Origin: Lingula anatina
Lineage: Eukaryota > Animalia > Brachiopoda
NCBI GenBank assembly: GCA_051362555.1
Contig: CM120648.1
Coordinates: 6,506,587 to 6,570,586 of the forward strand
DNA length: 64,000 nucleotides
Direction of reading: 5' to 3'
In this document: positions 41,348-53,095 of the stretch, one piece after another
Layout: the number at the start of each line of letters is the position of its first letter
How positions within the stretch are numbered: position 1 is the stretch's first letter
Notes under the pieces: generated by a model
Seen by the model: the letters and a program-made list of their open reading frames with translations, nothing else
Told to the model about the DNA's origin: nothing
Databases searched by the model: none
Made by a program: the position numbers and the translations under genes

Positions 41348-43031
41348 ATGGCGGGACCAAATACAAGAGACTTACCTGTAGCACACGACGATGTCGCAAT
41401 TTCGAATGGAAGAAAACTTGACGGGCGGTTCTTTTATCGTTACAAGAACATCATATTACCACGCTTGTGTCCTAGCAGTTCTATAGAAGCCCTGGGCCAG
41501 AAGACCTTCAGCGATGACGACATTATTGTTCTTGGGTACCCGCGCTCAGGTAGTCGTTTTATTATATATATTCAAATTTCATAGACAAACAGGCATGAAC
41601 CATTTAAGTGAAGACATCGTATGAAAAATGGCTTATTGAAGCGTTAAGAGGTTAGATATTAATATAAATTATAGTAATATATAAAGGTTGCACTGTGCTT
41701 ACTGCTTGCATAATATGTGTCTTAGGCAAACAGGTAAGTTAAAAAAAAATTAGTATACATCAGAAATTTCACATTTCATATAAAGAAATAAGGGACACTT
41801 TCCCAAAAGGCCCTTTATTAAATTGACATTAACATTACTTACAATTTAGCAAATAATCATACTGGGTACCCCGGTCCGTATGAAAGGAATTTAAAATAAA
41901 TCGATTGTTTTTATCAAATAGGCCTATCTTTTGTGACAATATTATGCCATATTCTTCTATTCATTGCATCTGCTGACGAAATAATTCTGAACGCTAGCCG
42001 TTTCTCTGCAATAATAATAATAATAATAATAATGTTTATATCTTTGTATCACCTAAACCTCTCCAATATTTCAGGATCCACACAGACAATAAACAATATC
42101 AATTTTCAATATTTCAGAATCGTCGAGGGCAATGTGTGATATACTATATCAAATAAATGAAAAAAAAAAAACAAACTTTCCAATATTTGAGGATAAACGT
42201 GTAAAATTGACAAAACCCTGTAGTAATATTATTTAAATCTTTTTTAGTATTCCAGGAATATATATATATTATATCAATATTATCAATATTTCAGGATCCA
42301 CATGGACAATGGACATGATCCAAATGTTGATCAATTGCGACTTCTCAGAGCTGGAGAGGAACACCAACTTCAAATTCCGCGTGGACGCATTGGAATTGGA
42401 TTTTGCACCAGCATTTAACGGCACGACATATCATAAACTCTTGGACACTGTTCGAAAACCGAGGCAGTTGCGCACGCACTTAGCTTATGACTTCCTTCCG
42501 CTGCACATGTTCCACACTAATGCCCGGTTTATCCACATCACCAGAAATCCCAAAGATGTGCTAGTGTCGCTATTTCATTTTTATCGCAGCAATAAAGATC
42601 TACTTGGGCAATGGCCTGGGACGTGGGCTGAATACTTTGATATGTTTCTGAACAAAGAACTCGTGTATGGCGACTGGTTTGACCACACAAGAGGCTTTTG
42701 GGAACGTCGCCACAATAGTCGAATGCTGACCTTGAGATACGAAGAGATGCTATCAAACCCATGCGAGACCGTGCAAAATCTCGCAGAGTTTCTCGAGATA
42801 CCCAAGAGTGACGAGGATATTGCAAAAATCGTGGAGCTGACACATTTTAACATAATTAGAGAGGATCCAACTACAAACTTTCACCGTTCTTTTCATCAAG
42901 AGCATCCATTTTGTAGAAAAGGGCAAGTTGGGGACTGGAAAAATATTTTTAGTGCCGAGCAGTCGGAAATATTAGATCGATTGTGTGCAGAAAAGATTGA
43001 GCCTTTGGGCCTTAAGTTCAAGTTTGAATAA
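41348..43031 (+). CDS. Cytosolic sulfotransferase (Sulfotransfer_1, SULT1-like), ~312 aa. Exons 41348..41549 and 42295..43031
   Basis: Splicing a phase-1 GT..AG intron joins the 5'-PSB loop YPRSG-STW. Also present: catalytic His (LRTHL), 3'-PB motif RNPKDVLVS, YGDWFDH, and C-terminal RKGQVGDWKN. Confidence 0.9.
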
Positions 43032-43085
43032 TTAGACTTACAATGCAACTACGTAATACCAAGAAACTTTCCGTTGTCGATGAAA

Positions 43086-43128
<43 letters not shown>

Positions 43129-43461
43129 CCCATGGGGTCATCGTCGAGGGCACTGTTGTACTAATTACGTGGATGATTTCCAAATAAGTATCTAAACAAT
43201 TGCTGGAAAGAACGGCGAATTAGGTTATCAATTCCAATCATAATTGATTTTAACCATGAATAAAGTCAAGCGATGCTATAGTAAACAAGCAAATTGTCTT
43301 TTTTGCATGTTTGACACCAGGAAGCATGAAAAGAAAGCGTTAGTTATTAGATCTTTTGAACTAACAGCTGCATGTACCTACCTCACCAGATTTTTTAAAG
43401 TCAAAGTTTTCTAAAATATTTGCGAGCTCCAATTCGACCATTTCGGCAGGATTCAGAATTC

Positions 43462-43693
43462 GCATTCAGAACAGATGATCCGCGGACTAACTGATCAGCC
43501 GACTAAATATGGCCGACCCCACTTGACCACACCTTGATCGGATATAATCTCGGCTCCTAAGTTTAATTAGTCCTAGGTTTAGAGTTAGTTTTAGTCCTAG
43601 TCCTAGGTTTAGAGTTAGTCGGCACTGCTTTTAAGTGAGTTAGCCATATTTAGTTAGCGGATCTGTAGGTCCGCTGATCAACTTATTCTGAAC
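43462..43693. mobile_element. Degenerate MITE related to the 17051/59362 family
   Basis: Inverted attcagaa...ctaaatatggc / gccatatttag...ttctgaa; internal atctcggctcc. Confidence 0.55.
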
Positions 43694-43999
43694 AGTGGGT
43701 TCTGCCTCCCGGTGGCAAGTTATGGGTGCCCAAGTCTGCGTTCACATGAAAAATCTATTTTCTAAAAATCTAAAAACGCAGCCCAAGCCTTGGGCTCTGA
43801 GATGGAACATGGTTTTGCAGTGCATTCTTTCTTTTTTTTTTTGCACAATTACCAGTATGACCATGGCCATCCTCCTAATAAAACCAACACATATTCCATT
43901 AAATTAAAGTTCAGCCCTTGTAGGCCTATTCCGCACACCACATGCATCTCAGCTTGGTTAACATTAGACACTTAGTCATTTTCGGTCCTGATACAGACT

Positions 44000-44240
44000 G
44001 GGGATCAGTATTTTTGCCTCCCTCGGGAGGATACAGCCCAACTGCTACATTGCATATGAGGCACTGAAAGCTAGCTTACAAACAATATATTTCACCGCCA
44101 AACCAGGGACGTTACTCCTGCTTCAAGCCCTTGATGCTGAGTGCCAAGTGGGGATACAGATACCGTTTATGAAGGACTGGCATTTCCCCATACGGGGTCG
44201 AACCCACGTCCTCCAGTTGCGGACCATCCGGTCAGTATAT
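44000..44240 (-). mobile_element. tRNA-derived SINE, possibly Meta-domain type; shorter paralogous remnants at ~53130-53270 and ~59215-59340
   Basis: Minus-strand B-box ggttcgacccc followed by ...taaacggtatctg...cttggcactcagcat, which resembles the conserved MetaSINE core. Confidence 0.5.
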
Positions 44241-44368
44241 GTGTTTGTACGTAATGTTACAGACAAGGCAGACGGCTAAACGTTACGGACACAACTCACA
44301 ACATATTTCTCTATTTACAATCTTTGTATGAGAAACGGATTTCATTAAACATTATTTATCCGGAAGTA

Positions 44369-44475
44369 CACACACTGGACAATAGAAGTGTCAGCCCTAC
44401 TGAACCAATACTTTGTTGGAGATAAAAGACTGTGGAATGATATGCTCCTGGTATCATTTTATTAACATCTAATTT

Positions 44476-44507
<32 letters not shown>

Positions 44508-44632
44508 CATACACACACACAATGTAGAGCAGGCAGGCACTACTCAAGATCTGCCTACTTCAATTATTGATTACTTGATCATTACTTGATTACTCTGATT
44601 CAGGGGATGACACTTCTATCGTCCATTGTGTG
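44369..44632. mobile_element. Tc1/mariner-type MITE with TA TSD
   Basis: TIR cacacactggacaatagaagtgtca; TA at 44367-44368 and 44633-44634; the empty site (cgtacctttt) is seen in units 2 and 3; second copy at 60970. Confidence 0.85.
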
Positions 44633-44693
44633 TACCTTTTCAAATGAAATATCAACTACGTATACATATATATCCATATTAAATAGCAACTAC

Positions 44694-44747
<54 letters not shown>

Positions 44748-44890
44748 CTTTGAGGTTGGAATTGTCTTTGCCTTTAAAGCAATGATTTATAATTCATTAT
44801 CATTCCATCCCTGCCAATGCAACAGTTGCACTTGCGGCTTTTGGAAACGTCGAAATAGAAGAAATAATAAATCTACTCGGTAAAAACTAC

Positions 44891-45128
44891 ATGGCAATGT
44901 CAGGTCTACGTCCTTTCCTAAAGTGTGGATTCATTACGTTGTGTGGAGGAGCCATATCTTTGCTACTGTGCGTAGGTAAGCAGAAAGATCACTATATATG
45001 TATTGTGTTCCTTTTATTCAACTATTTCATCTTGCAGTCCCATTTATTCACTATAAACATGAAGCTAGAGTTATTCGTACAAAGTGAGATATTCTGAAGC
45101 CATCAATGAAGTCTTACTAAATCACTAT

Positions 45129-45165
<37 letters not shown>

Positions 45166-48100
45166 TGCAATAGAAAAAAAGCAAGTACATAAATTTTTAC
45201 AAGCACACAATATTCATTACAATACCAAAGTCCACAAGGATTTAACGAATAAGAAAATTATAGTCAATAATTTGTATACATGCAACTACACAAATCCATA
45301 TATACCCCTCCATTTCTGCCATATAACATTGAATTTATCTAAGTCTTGAGATACAATGTATTTTTGCTTATAGATTTTGTATATATTTTCTAAATATAGT
45401 TGAAGTTTTGTGAGTAACAGTGCGTCTTTCTGACATTTTGTTTTGTATATGAAAAACTTAATGTGTATAGTCATGATTATATTGGATACATTACGTTCAT
45501 TAATGTCAATTAAAATAAACTGTATATTACTGAAATTTAAATATATATTACAAGAAATTAACCATGCTTCTACTTGGCGTAAGAAGTTTTGTACAATATT
45601 ACAATCCCAAAGTATATGATATATAGTTTCTACCTCCTCGTGGCAAAATGTACACATAGGTGATTGACTTAGGCCAGTTTTATATACAAAGTTATTTGTG
45701 GTGAGGATTCTATAGAAAATTCGAAACTGGAACCACAGCATTTTTGTGTCCTTTACCGACACATTGGTTTTCTTATATATCTTTTCCCAAAAACTATGAT
45801 CCCGAGGAGTAAAAATATTTGACCATTTTTCCTCAAAAATAGGCCTAACATTCGAGCTATTTAATATGTCGTACATATCTTTTGATCCCCTTGTTTGTCT
45901 TACAATAACTCGTATACCTTCTGGTTGCCACGGACCGTACATTTTGATTTTATGTGGATTGAATTTTTTTCTGTATAGATCATTTATTGTTGCGATAATA
46001 CCATTGTATTGTAAAAAATTGATTTTAATATTGAAGAGTTCAGAAAATTCTTTATATGAATAAAGTCTACCTTTTTCATTGATAAGATCGTTCACTTGTC
46101 TAAATCCTTTATCATACATCTCTTTATGGAACAGCGTCTCTTTGTTTATCATCAAAGAGTCACTGTACCATAAGGGGACTTTATTCAACTCGGTCATTTG
46201 TTCTTTTTTTTTCAACAATTCCTGCCAAGCTAAAAAAACATCCTTCCAAAATAAATTCTGTGTGCCTGTTTGACAGAAGCGCAAATATTCACAACCACAG
46301 TTTAGCATCAAGTCTAATTTATATCTATGCAAAAGGATATTTTGCCAAAAACCCTCCCTATTTATCAACCGTCTCACCCAAGTTAATTTTAATGCCATTA
46401 TTGAAGCTTCTACGTTTATCATATTTAGTCCTCCATCTTTTATTTTTTTACATACTATTTCCCTTTTTACTTTATCCGGTTTCCCTTTCCAAAGAAATCC
46501 AAAGATTAGCTTTTTTAGCTCCTTAATTATTTGGTTAGATGGGTTAGGCAGTGAAATAAAAAGATGGTTAAATTTCGATATTATGAGACTTTTAATCACT
46601 GTAATTCTGCCGACGGGGGTCAAAATTCGTCTTTCCCATAGTTTAAGTAATCGTTCAGTACTTTCAATTTTTCCCCGATAGTTCCTTTCACATATAGTAT
46701 CTAGTTCGACATAGAATTTAATACCTAATAATTTAAAAGACGTTGCACCCCATATTAATGTCCAATTTTTGCACAGTTTCTCATTTGAATTTTTTTTACT
46801 CCCTATCCAAATAACCTGAGTTTTGTCATAATTTATTTTTAAACCCGAAATTTTTTCAAACCATCTTAGATCCTGTAGGGAGGCGTTAAGGGATTGTTCA
46901 GAACCATCTAAGATTAAGGACGTGTCATCTGCATATTGCGATATTTTGTATTCATTTTCCCCAATTTGTATTCCTTTAATTTGAGGGTTATTCTTTATAC
47001 TTACCGAAAGAATTTCAGAACATAACAAAAATAAATATGGTGATATCGGATCACCTTGTCTCAGGCCACGCTGTGGTTGAAACATTTCGGATAAATGACC
47101 TCCTTGATTTACTCTTGAAGTAATGTTTTTATAAAAGGTTTTAATGTAATTTATTATGTCTGGACCGAAATTAAAGAAAATAAGAACTTGATTTAGAAAG
47201 TCCCATGATATACTATCGAATGCCTTCTCAAAATCTATTAGAAGTAATATTCCAGGTACATGGTTTTCCTCAGTATATTGCATGAGATCATAGATTAAAC
47301 GAGTATTTTCCCCTATGTATCTCCCTTTTAGGAAACCAGTCTGTTCTTTACTTATCAGTTTATCCAATACCGTTTTTATTCTACTTGATACGACACCTGA
47401 GGCAATCTTGTAAACGGTATTCAATAGTGTAATAGGGCGCCAATTTTTTAAAAATTGTTTTGGTCTATCCTCCTTCGGAATGCATGTTATGATTCCCTCC
47501 CTTTGGGTGACAGAGAGCTGCCCATGTGTAAGACCATAATTTAAAGATCGTATAACAAAGGTCCCTACTTTCGCCCAAAAAAACTTTAAGAATTCCACAG
47601 TAAATCCGTCCGAACCTGGACTTTTATCGTTTCTCATTTTTGTGAGGAATATCTTGGCTTCAACATTAGTTATTGGACCTTCTAGGCTTTCCCTCTCATC
47701 TGTAGTCAGTTTTGGTACATTAAAATCTTTTAAATTTGTTTGCCAATCAATATCAGCACACTGTGTATTTTCTGAGTACAATTTTTCGTAAAACTTTTTT
47801 GTTTCTTTTAAGATTTCATTCTGCTCAGTAATATATTCATTTTCACCAACCTGTAGTCGGGGAATGATTTTTTGTGTAAATTTTCTTTTTTCAAGGCTAA
47901 AAAAATATTTTGTGGGTTTTTCTCCCTCAGTTAACCATTTCTCGCGCGATCTAATAATACTACCTTTTAACCTTGCACTTCTCATCTCAACTAACTGTTG
48001 TTTTTTCCTTTCTAATTCTAGTTGAAGACGGGCATCACACTTTTCATAATCTTCTGTTAATTGTTCTATTTCTTTCATAAGCCCTTTTTCTACCTCTTGT

Positions 48101-50698
48101 AATTTTTTCTTTTTAAAACATGCATACGAAATAGTCGTTCCTCTTAAACGTAAAAGCAAAAGTTCTAGAAACATCTGATCATTCACCATAAACTGCAATT
48201 CCTGGTCAGGAATGTTGTCAACATTTTCAAGATTGTATATAGGAATGCAATATTCTTTTTTAAAATCTCGTATGGATTCATTAATTTTTTCGACATAGGT
48301 CATGTCGTATAGAAGGGAATTATTAAATTTCCAGAGTCCTCTTCCTCGCTTAAAACTGTCAAATTTTACTTGAAGTTTAATTGGTGAGTGATCTGATCTA
48401 TAACTAAGTAGGGTGCTAACTGAGACCAAATTTGGAACTAAATTATCTGAGGTGAGAAAGAAATCCAGCCTGGCTTGTTTAACTGGATTTCTTTTGCGCC
48501 AAGTGAAATTAGACACATTCCCATATAGTTCTCTAAATGGGTCTAAATAGCCGTTTTCTTTTATCATATTTAAAACACTTAATCTTGCCTTGGGGTTATT
48601 TATCCGTGAATAATTATAGTAATCAGTATCTGGATTCAAAACCAGGTTAAAATCTCCACAAATTATTTGAAATTCGCTGTCCATTTCATCGATCTTTTTG
48701 AAAAGGTTTTCAAAGAATGCGGGATTATCAGTGTTAGGACCATAGATATTTGCAACTGTTACTATTTTATCATCAACGTCAAATTTCAGAATAAGCATAT
48801 TCCCGGATTCGTCCTTGAATTCCTGTAGCAATTTAAAAGTTATGTTATTTTGTAGTAGAATTGCTACGCCTCGGGCGTTTGAGGTATAAGAACTGAAATA
48901 AGCTTCGTAACCCCATTCATTCCTTATCTGAGCTTCTTTTTCATAAGTAAAATGTGTATCCTGTAAACAGAGGATATTACATTTCAAATTTCGTAAATAT
49001 TGAAAGACGTCTTTTCTCTTCTCAAAACTCCCCATACCTTGACAGTTTACGCTGATAATTTCTATCATTTCAAGTTGTTAGCTATATTAATATTCCATGT
49101 GACTGCAACATCACTATTATATCCTTTTTTCAGAATAGTAATAATTAGTGCCTTGGCTGTAATCAATTTATCTGCTTGCCGAATCGGTCAATACTTTTTT
49201 CAACATTAGTCATTAAATTCAGGCCCGTAGCCAGCAATTTTAAAAGGTTTTTTTTTCCGAAAGAAGTGGACCTTTTACAATGAAACCTTTGTGTGCCCAG
49301 AACAAATTTCACCCAGCATAGACGTTTTCCTTACAAAAACGATGGTTCTTTCGTACCACCGAATCCCCCATGACGACGGGCCTGGCTATATTGCATCAGT
49401 ATGGGTAGAAATTTCATAATGGTTGTTAATTTCTAAAAACTGGAGATGATCAAAATCTATACTGAATTCTAACGTGGCCTCGAGGATTCAATTTCCATAG
49501 AACTGCAGCATCATTAAAAATTCAGTATTTCTTCATATTGATGGTATAAATGCTGTGTTAAATAATCAATTCACTTCATAAGATTTAATGAGCAGTGCTT
49601 GCCATCTTTCTTTCCCAGGAATCAAGACTGCATATCAACCACTTTTAAATCCAGAGAAGGTTTGTGAGAAATCTGTTCACCTGCCTGGCAGCACCTTACA
49701 AGTAGGTACCGTTATAACTATATACACATATTAGTAAAGTAGCAACACTTTCATTTTTCACGTTCTTCAGAGGATACAGCAAAAGGTGGCTTTGTCAAAT
49801 ATCCAAAATTGACCGCCAAACAATTTAACAGAATAGCTGGTCAAAAGAACCCAGTTCCTTCATAGCTTCTTAATTGATTTGTTACTTTCTCCAGGGGCTA
49901 CAATGGGATAAAGTACCCGTGGAATGGAAGGAGATTATGAACCGGAGAAGACAAATGCTTCATCAGATGTGCAAGGATCTTAATGAAACCACAAGTGCAG
50001 ACACTCCCATTATCGTGTCCAAGCATGATATTACAGATAGAGTCATTGTCGATGACTTGCACCGTGTAATTATATGTGCAATTCCTAAGGCAGCAAGCAG
50101 ATCGTGGCGTAAGTTAATGCTCCAACTAAACGGACAGCTGAATACCTCTGTGGTATACAAAGATATGCCTTATACGGAAACGAAAATATACGAACGTCGA
50201 CTTTACACCTACACGGATTTTGGTATCCACACTCGAGTGAACAGCCATATTAAAATAATGACCGTCCGCCATCCTCTAGTGCGGCTGGTCTCGGCGTACA
50301 AAGAACAATTTTTTTTATTTCCAAAAATCAAGGAATATATAAGACGAAGAGAACGAAAAACGCGTAACATTACTTTTACGGATTTTCTGAATTATCTCGT
50401 CGGCCACCGAAATATCCACTGGGATCCGTTTAACAAGTTGTGCTCGCCTTGTAAACTGCGGTACGATTTCGTTGCATACTTTGAGACTATCGAAGACGAC
50501 ACCAAGAACATTATAGCTCTTCTAGGCGCAGACGACTTAATCAAGCTCTCGCCCTCGCATCGATCAAGTAAATTGTCGTCCGACGATGAAGCTCGGAAGT
50601 ACTATGCAGGACTTGATAAACAACTTTTGAAGCGACTCAAGGAATTGTATTGGATTGAAGAGAAGTATTTTGGATATAATATGAGTTTATTTGGATAA
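44891..50698 (+). CDS. Carbohydrate sulfotransferase copy 1 (Sulfotransfer_2, CHST8-14-like), type II membrane protein, ~323 aa. Exons 44891..44975, 49619..49701, 49895..50698
   Basis: N-terminal anchor GFITLCGGAISLLLCVG; 5'-PSB CAIPKAASRSWRK; 3'-PB VRHPLVRLVSAY; HW, C-x-PC, YDF...ET motifs. Intron phases 1 and 0 are conserved in all three copies. Confidence 0.87.
45132..49109 (-). mobile_element. L1/Tx1-clade non-LTR retrotransposon lacking ORF1, with poly(A) tail and 11-bp TSD
   Basis: Poly-T at ~45131-45163; TSD atcactattat at 45121-45131 and 49110-49120; absent from intron 1 of copies 2 and 3. Confidence 0.9.
45286..49068 (-). CDS. LINE ORF2p (APE endonuclease, reverse transcriptase, CCHC zinc finger), 1260 aa, uninterrupted
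   Basis: Endonuclease motifs SVNCQG, LQDTH, NIYGPN, GDFN, RLDFFL, SDH; RT motifs KSPGSDG, WRPITLLN, DFEKAFD, GLRQGDPISP, YADD; zinc finger CTFC...H...C. Confidence 0.95.
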   Translation of the reverse strand: MIEIISVNCQGMGSFEKRKDVFQYLRNLKCNILCLQDTHFTYEKEAQIRNEWGYEAYFSSYTSNARGVAILLQNNITFKLLQEFKDESGNMLILKFDVDDKIVTVANIYGPNTDNPAFFENLFKKIDEMDSEFQIICGDFNLVLNPDTDYYNYSRINNPKARLSVLNMIKENGYLDPFRELYGNVSNFTWRKRNPVKQARLDFFLTSDNLVPNLVSVSTLLSYRSDHSPIKLQVKFDSFKRGRGLWKFNNSLLYDMTYVEKINESIRDFKKEYCIPIYNLENVDNIPDQELQFMVNDQMFLELLLLRLRGTTISYACFKKKKLQEVEKGLMKEIEQLTEDYEKCDARLQLELERKKQQLVEMRSARLKGSIIRSREKWLTEGEKPTKYFFSLEKRKFTQKIIPRLQVGENEYITEQNEILKETKKFYEKLYSENTQCADIDWQTNLKDFNVPKLTTDERESLEGPITNVEAKIFLTKMRNDKSPGSDGFTVEFLKFFWAKVGTFVIRSLNYGLTHGQLSVTQREGIITCIPKEDRPKQFLKNWRPITLLNTVYKIASGVVSSRIKTVLDKLISKEQTGFLKGRYIGENTRLIYDLMQYTEENHVPGILLLIDFEKAFDSISWDFLNQVLIFFNFGPDIINYIKTFYKNITSRVNQGGHLSEMFQPQRGLRQGDPISPYLFLLCSEILSVSIKNNPQIKGIQIGENEYKISQYADDTSLILDGSEQSLNASLQDLRWFEKISGLKINYDKTQVIWIGSKKNSNEKLCKNWTLIWGATSFKLLGIKFYVELDTICERNYRGKIESTERLLKLWERRILTPVGRITVIKSLIISKFNHLFISLPNPSNQIIKELKKLIFGFLWKGKPDKVKREIVCKKIKDGGLNMINVEASIMALKLTWVRRLINREGFWQNILLHRYKLDLMLNCGCEYLRFCQTGTQNLFWKDVFLAWQELLKKKEQMTELNKVPLWYSDSLMINKETLFHKEMYDKGFRQVNDLINEKGRLYSYKEFSELFNIKINFLQYNGIIATINDLYRKKFNPHKIKMYGPWQPEGIRVIVRQTRGSKDMYDILNSSNVRPIFEEKWSNIFTPRDHSFWEKIYKKTNVSVKDTKMLWFQFRIFYRILTTNNFVYKTGLSQSPMCTFCHEEVETIYHILWDCNIVQNFLRQVEAWLISCNIYLNFSNIQFILIDINERNVSNIIMTIHIKFFIYKTKCQKDALLLTKLQLYLENIYKIYKQKYIVSQDLDKFNVIWQKWRGIYGFV
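49220..49384. mobile_element. CAGG-terminated MITE of the 20457 family
   Basis: Termini caggcccgtagccag ... gacgggcctg; similar to the reverse complement of 20457..20641. Confidence 0.65.
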
Positions 50699-50997
50699 CA
50701 AAAGAAAAATAATAACAATCAATTTATATAAAAAAGACTGTCAAAGTAAAGTCTAACCATCAAAAAGAAAAAAGAAAGATAATAATAATCATCTTTTAAA
50801 AGTAGCGGGGTTTGTGTTAAATTTAAGTTAGGGGACGCATTCGCCTATTTTTTAAACAGAAATTAGATATTTTTTTCTAAACGTTCTAGTAGGACGTCTG
50901 TACTTTGGTGGTTAAATTATTAGCTATTATCTCTCAGACAAAATAATCAATGTTGGAAATTCTGGAAATGTTATATTTGTTATATCCGGAGTTTTAC

Positions 50998-51221
50998 ACC
51001 CCATTTCCATAGATTTTTAGATCGATCTATCCCTGTGGTGAGTCTCACTAGATTACTGTCAGCTTGGCCGGCTTAAGCGTCTGTCCCGCCTACTAAAAGC
51101 TCTAAGGGGGTAATTAACTATGGTGTCCGCTCGGCTGACTGCAATTTAGCCTGAACCCCCAGGGAGTTAGTTCGATCTAAAACTTAATTTTTAGATCGAT
51201 CTAAATCTCTGGGAAAGCACC
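50998..51221. mobile_element. PIF/Harbinger-like MITE with TTA target
   Basis: Absent at the paralogous site in unit 2 (gagttttattccaacagaag, ~58068); TTA on both flanks; matches the 14605 copy. Confidence 0.75.
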
Positions 51222-52312
51222 CTTATTCCTACAGAAGGTAACCTTGCTTTTTTACGCATCCTTATAACCGTCTGTTACAGTCAGCAATAAAAGATAAGCA
51301 GACGATTTTGCCTGTAATTCAGGTGGAACACAGGGTACATTGTAAAATTTGCACAAACCCCTCCCACGTTAAAATATTCCGTCAAGAAAGTTATAACTGC
51401 ATGAAAACGTGCTCTTCTCCTATTGCGTCGTGTCTCAACCAGGATCACCAACCACAATCTTCATATCACGTATGAATCCGCTGTGGAGCCGTCTTTTTCA
51501 ACCATAAGCATTTTGTAACCGCAACATATTTTGCGGCCTGATAAACGTGAATATGAATTTTGCAACAGTCACGTAAACATATGTTAACGAACTTCTGCAT
51601 TAACTATTTTTGTCATTGAGGGGCTTGTAGAATGAGGTTATCAAATAAAGTTGGAACTGCATAACTGAATTGCACAAGTCGATAGGTGCAATATGACTGT
51701 AACAAAATGCAATACTAGCATAGCCGCTTTTTAAACAGCCCACCGCATTGTTCATAACTAAACATTTCATTTGTTTGGTTTATGTGGTAAAACAGAATGT
51801 GTGACAAAAAATCCAATATTTAATATCTACTCTTACAATTTCAATAACATTTTAGCCATCAAGTTGAAAATCCAGCTGCAATGTTTCTAATATCATCGAA
51901 TATTTTCAATGGACCATGAAGAAAAATATTAAAAGATATTATGCACAAAATACAAAACAAAAACTCGTATGTTAAAGAAACTGCATAAATTTATTTAAAA
52001 AAAAAATACAGGTACTTTCACTTCATACTATAGCAAATGAGTCACGTGTATTTAATGTTCCTATAAATACCCTTAACATAGTTTGCCATCTACCTTACAT
52101 ACTGAATCAGCCAATCTGCAAAACAGACCCTTTTGCCAGTATTAAGGAGTATTAATTCTCTGGCTATAAATAAAAAATAAATAAATGAGGAATACAAGTT
52201 ACAGGTGAATTGAACGCACAGCATGATTTAGTGCTCACAGCTCACAGGGCAACCACAAATGTACATGTATACTTCCTCCTCAGCATCTTCGAGAACACTT
52301 GGGATTCAAATT

Positions 52313-53095
52313 CAGGGCCTTAGCCTGAGCAAAATGCCAGGGGGGGGGCAGTAAGTGGACACGAGGGGGCGAAGCCCCCGAGAGGGGAGGGTTTGGGAGG
52401 AGGTGTCCCCCTCCCACGGTGTGGAAAATTTTTAAAAACTGTATGTATAATACTGCATTCTGGTGCATTTTAACTGTTATTTATTGCTCAATCAGAAGTC
52501 AGAAATTGTGGGTTCATTTTGCCATAAGTACAGTCATTTTTTTTCAACACAACACTTCATTTCAAAGATTGTCTCAGGATCAGGATAACGTTTCTTCCTC
52601 TGTGGACAAGCAAGAGAGCCAATCCGCTAAGGCGTTCCTCTGCCATGCTTGTGCGTGTCCATAGTTTCAGACGACGGAGGGCTGAAAATGATCTCTCGCA
52701 TGCAACACTGCCCACTGGTGTTGCAAGGAAGATTGTAAAGATCCTACGAAGTGCAGAGAAATAGTCATGGTCACAGGAAATTTGAGCAGCTGCTGCATCC
52801 TTTGGCCGCATATCCTTAGGAACATCACTAACAAACAGTTTCCACTTTTCCACTTCAACTTCTAGGTTGTCTTCCTTATGAAGAAATTTACCATAGTAGG
52901 ACATGATATCACTAATATGCTGTGGCTGTAGTGACTCCAAATTGTGAGGATCAAGAGCTGCTACCAAACCTGCATGCTTTGGTTTAAACCTTCTTTCTAG
53001 TTCTTACACCACATGATCAATGAAAGCACAGAAGCTATTAATTCTGTAATATTCCTTTGCACTCTGCTCCTTGTTTCCACCCGCAACAGCTGAAC
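52313..53095 (-). mobile_element. hAT transposon relic: one terminus plus a C-terminal transposase fragment (hAT dimerization domain, PRKRIR/ZMYM1-like)
   Basis: The minus strand encodes KEYYRINSFCAFIDHVV*ELERRF...ATPVGSVACERSFSALRRLKLWTRTSMAEERLSGLALLLVHR, with an in-frame TAA at 53004-53006. It is absent at the paralogous junction (~59170). Confidence 0.85.

Noticed and set aside
49874-49894. Single-exon CHST genes starting at the ORF-track starts (49874, 56950, 61420)
   Set aside because: These starts lie in polypyrimidine tracts; the membrane anchor and stem are on conserved upstream exons.
52557-52967. Domesticated hAT-derived host gene
   Set aside because: It has an in-frame stop, lacks the N-terminal catalytic core, is attached to a TIR and is absent from the paralogous spacer.
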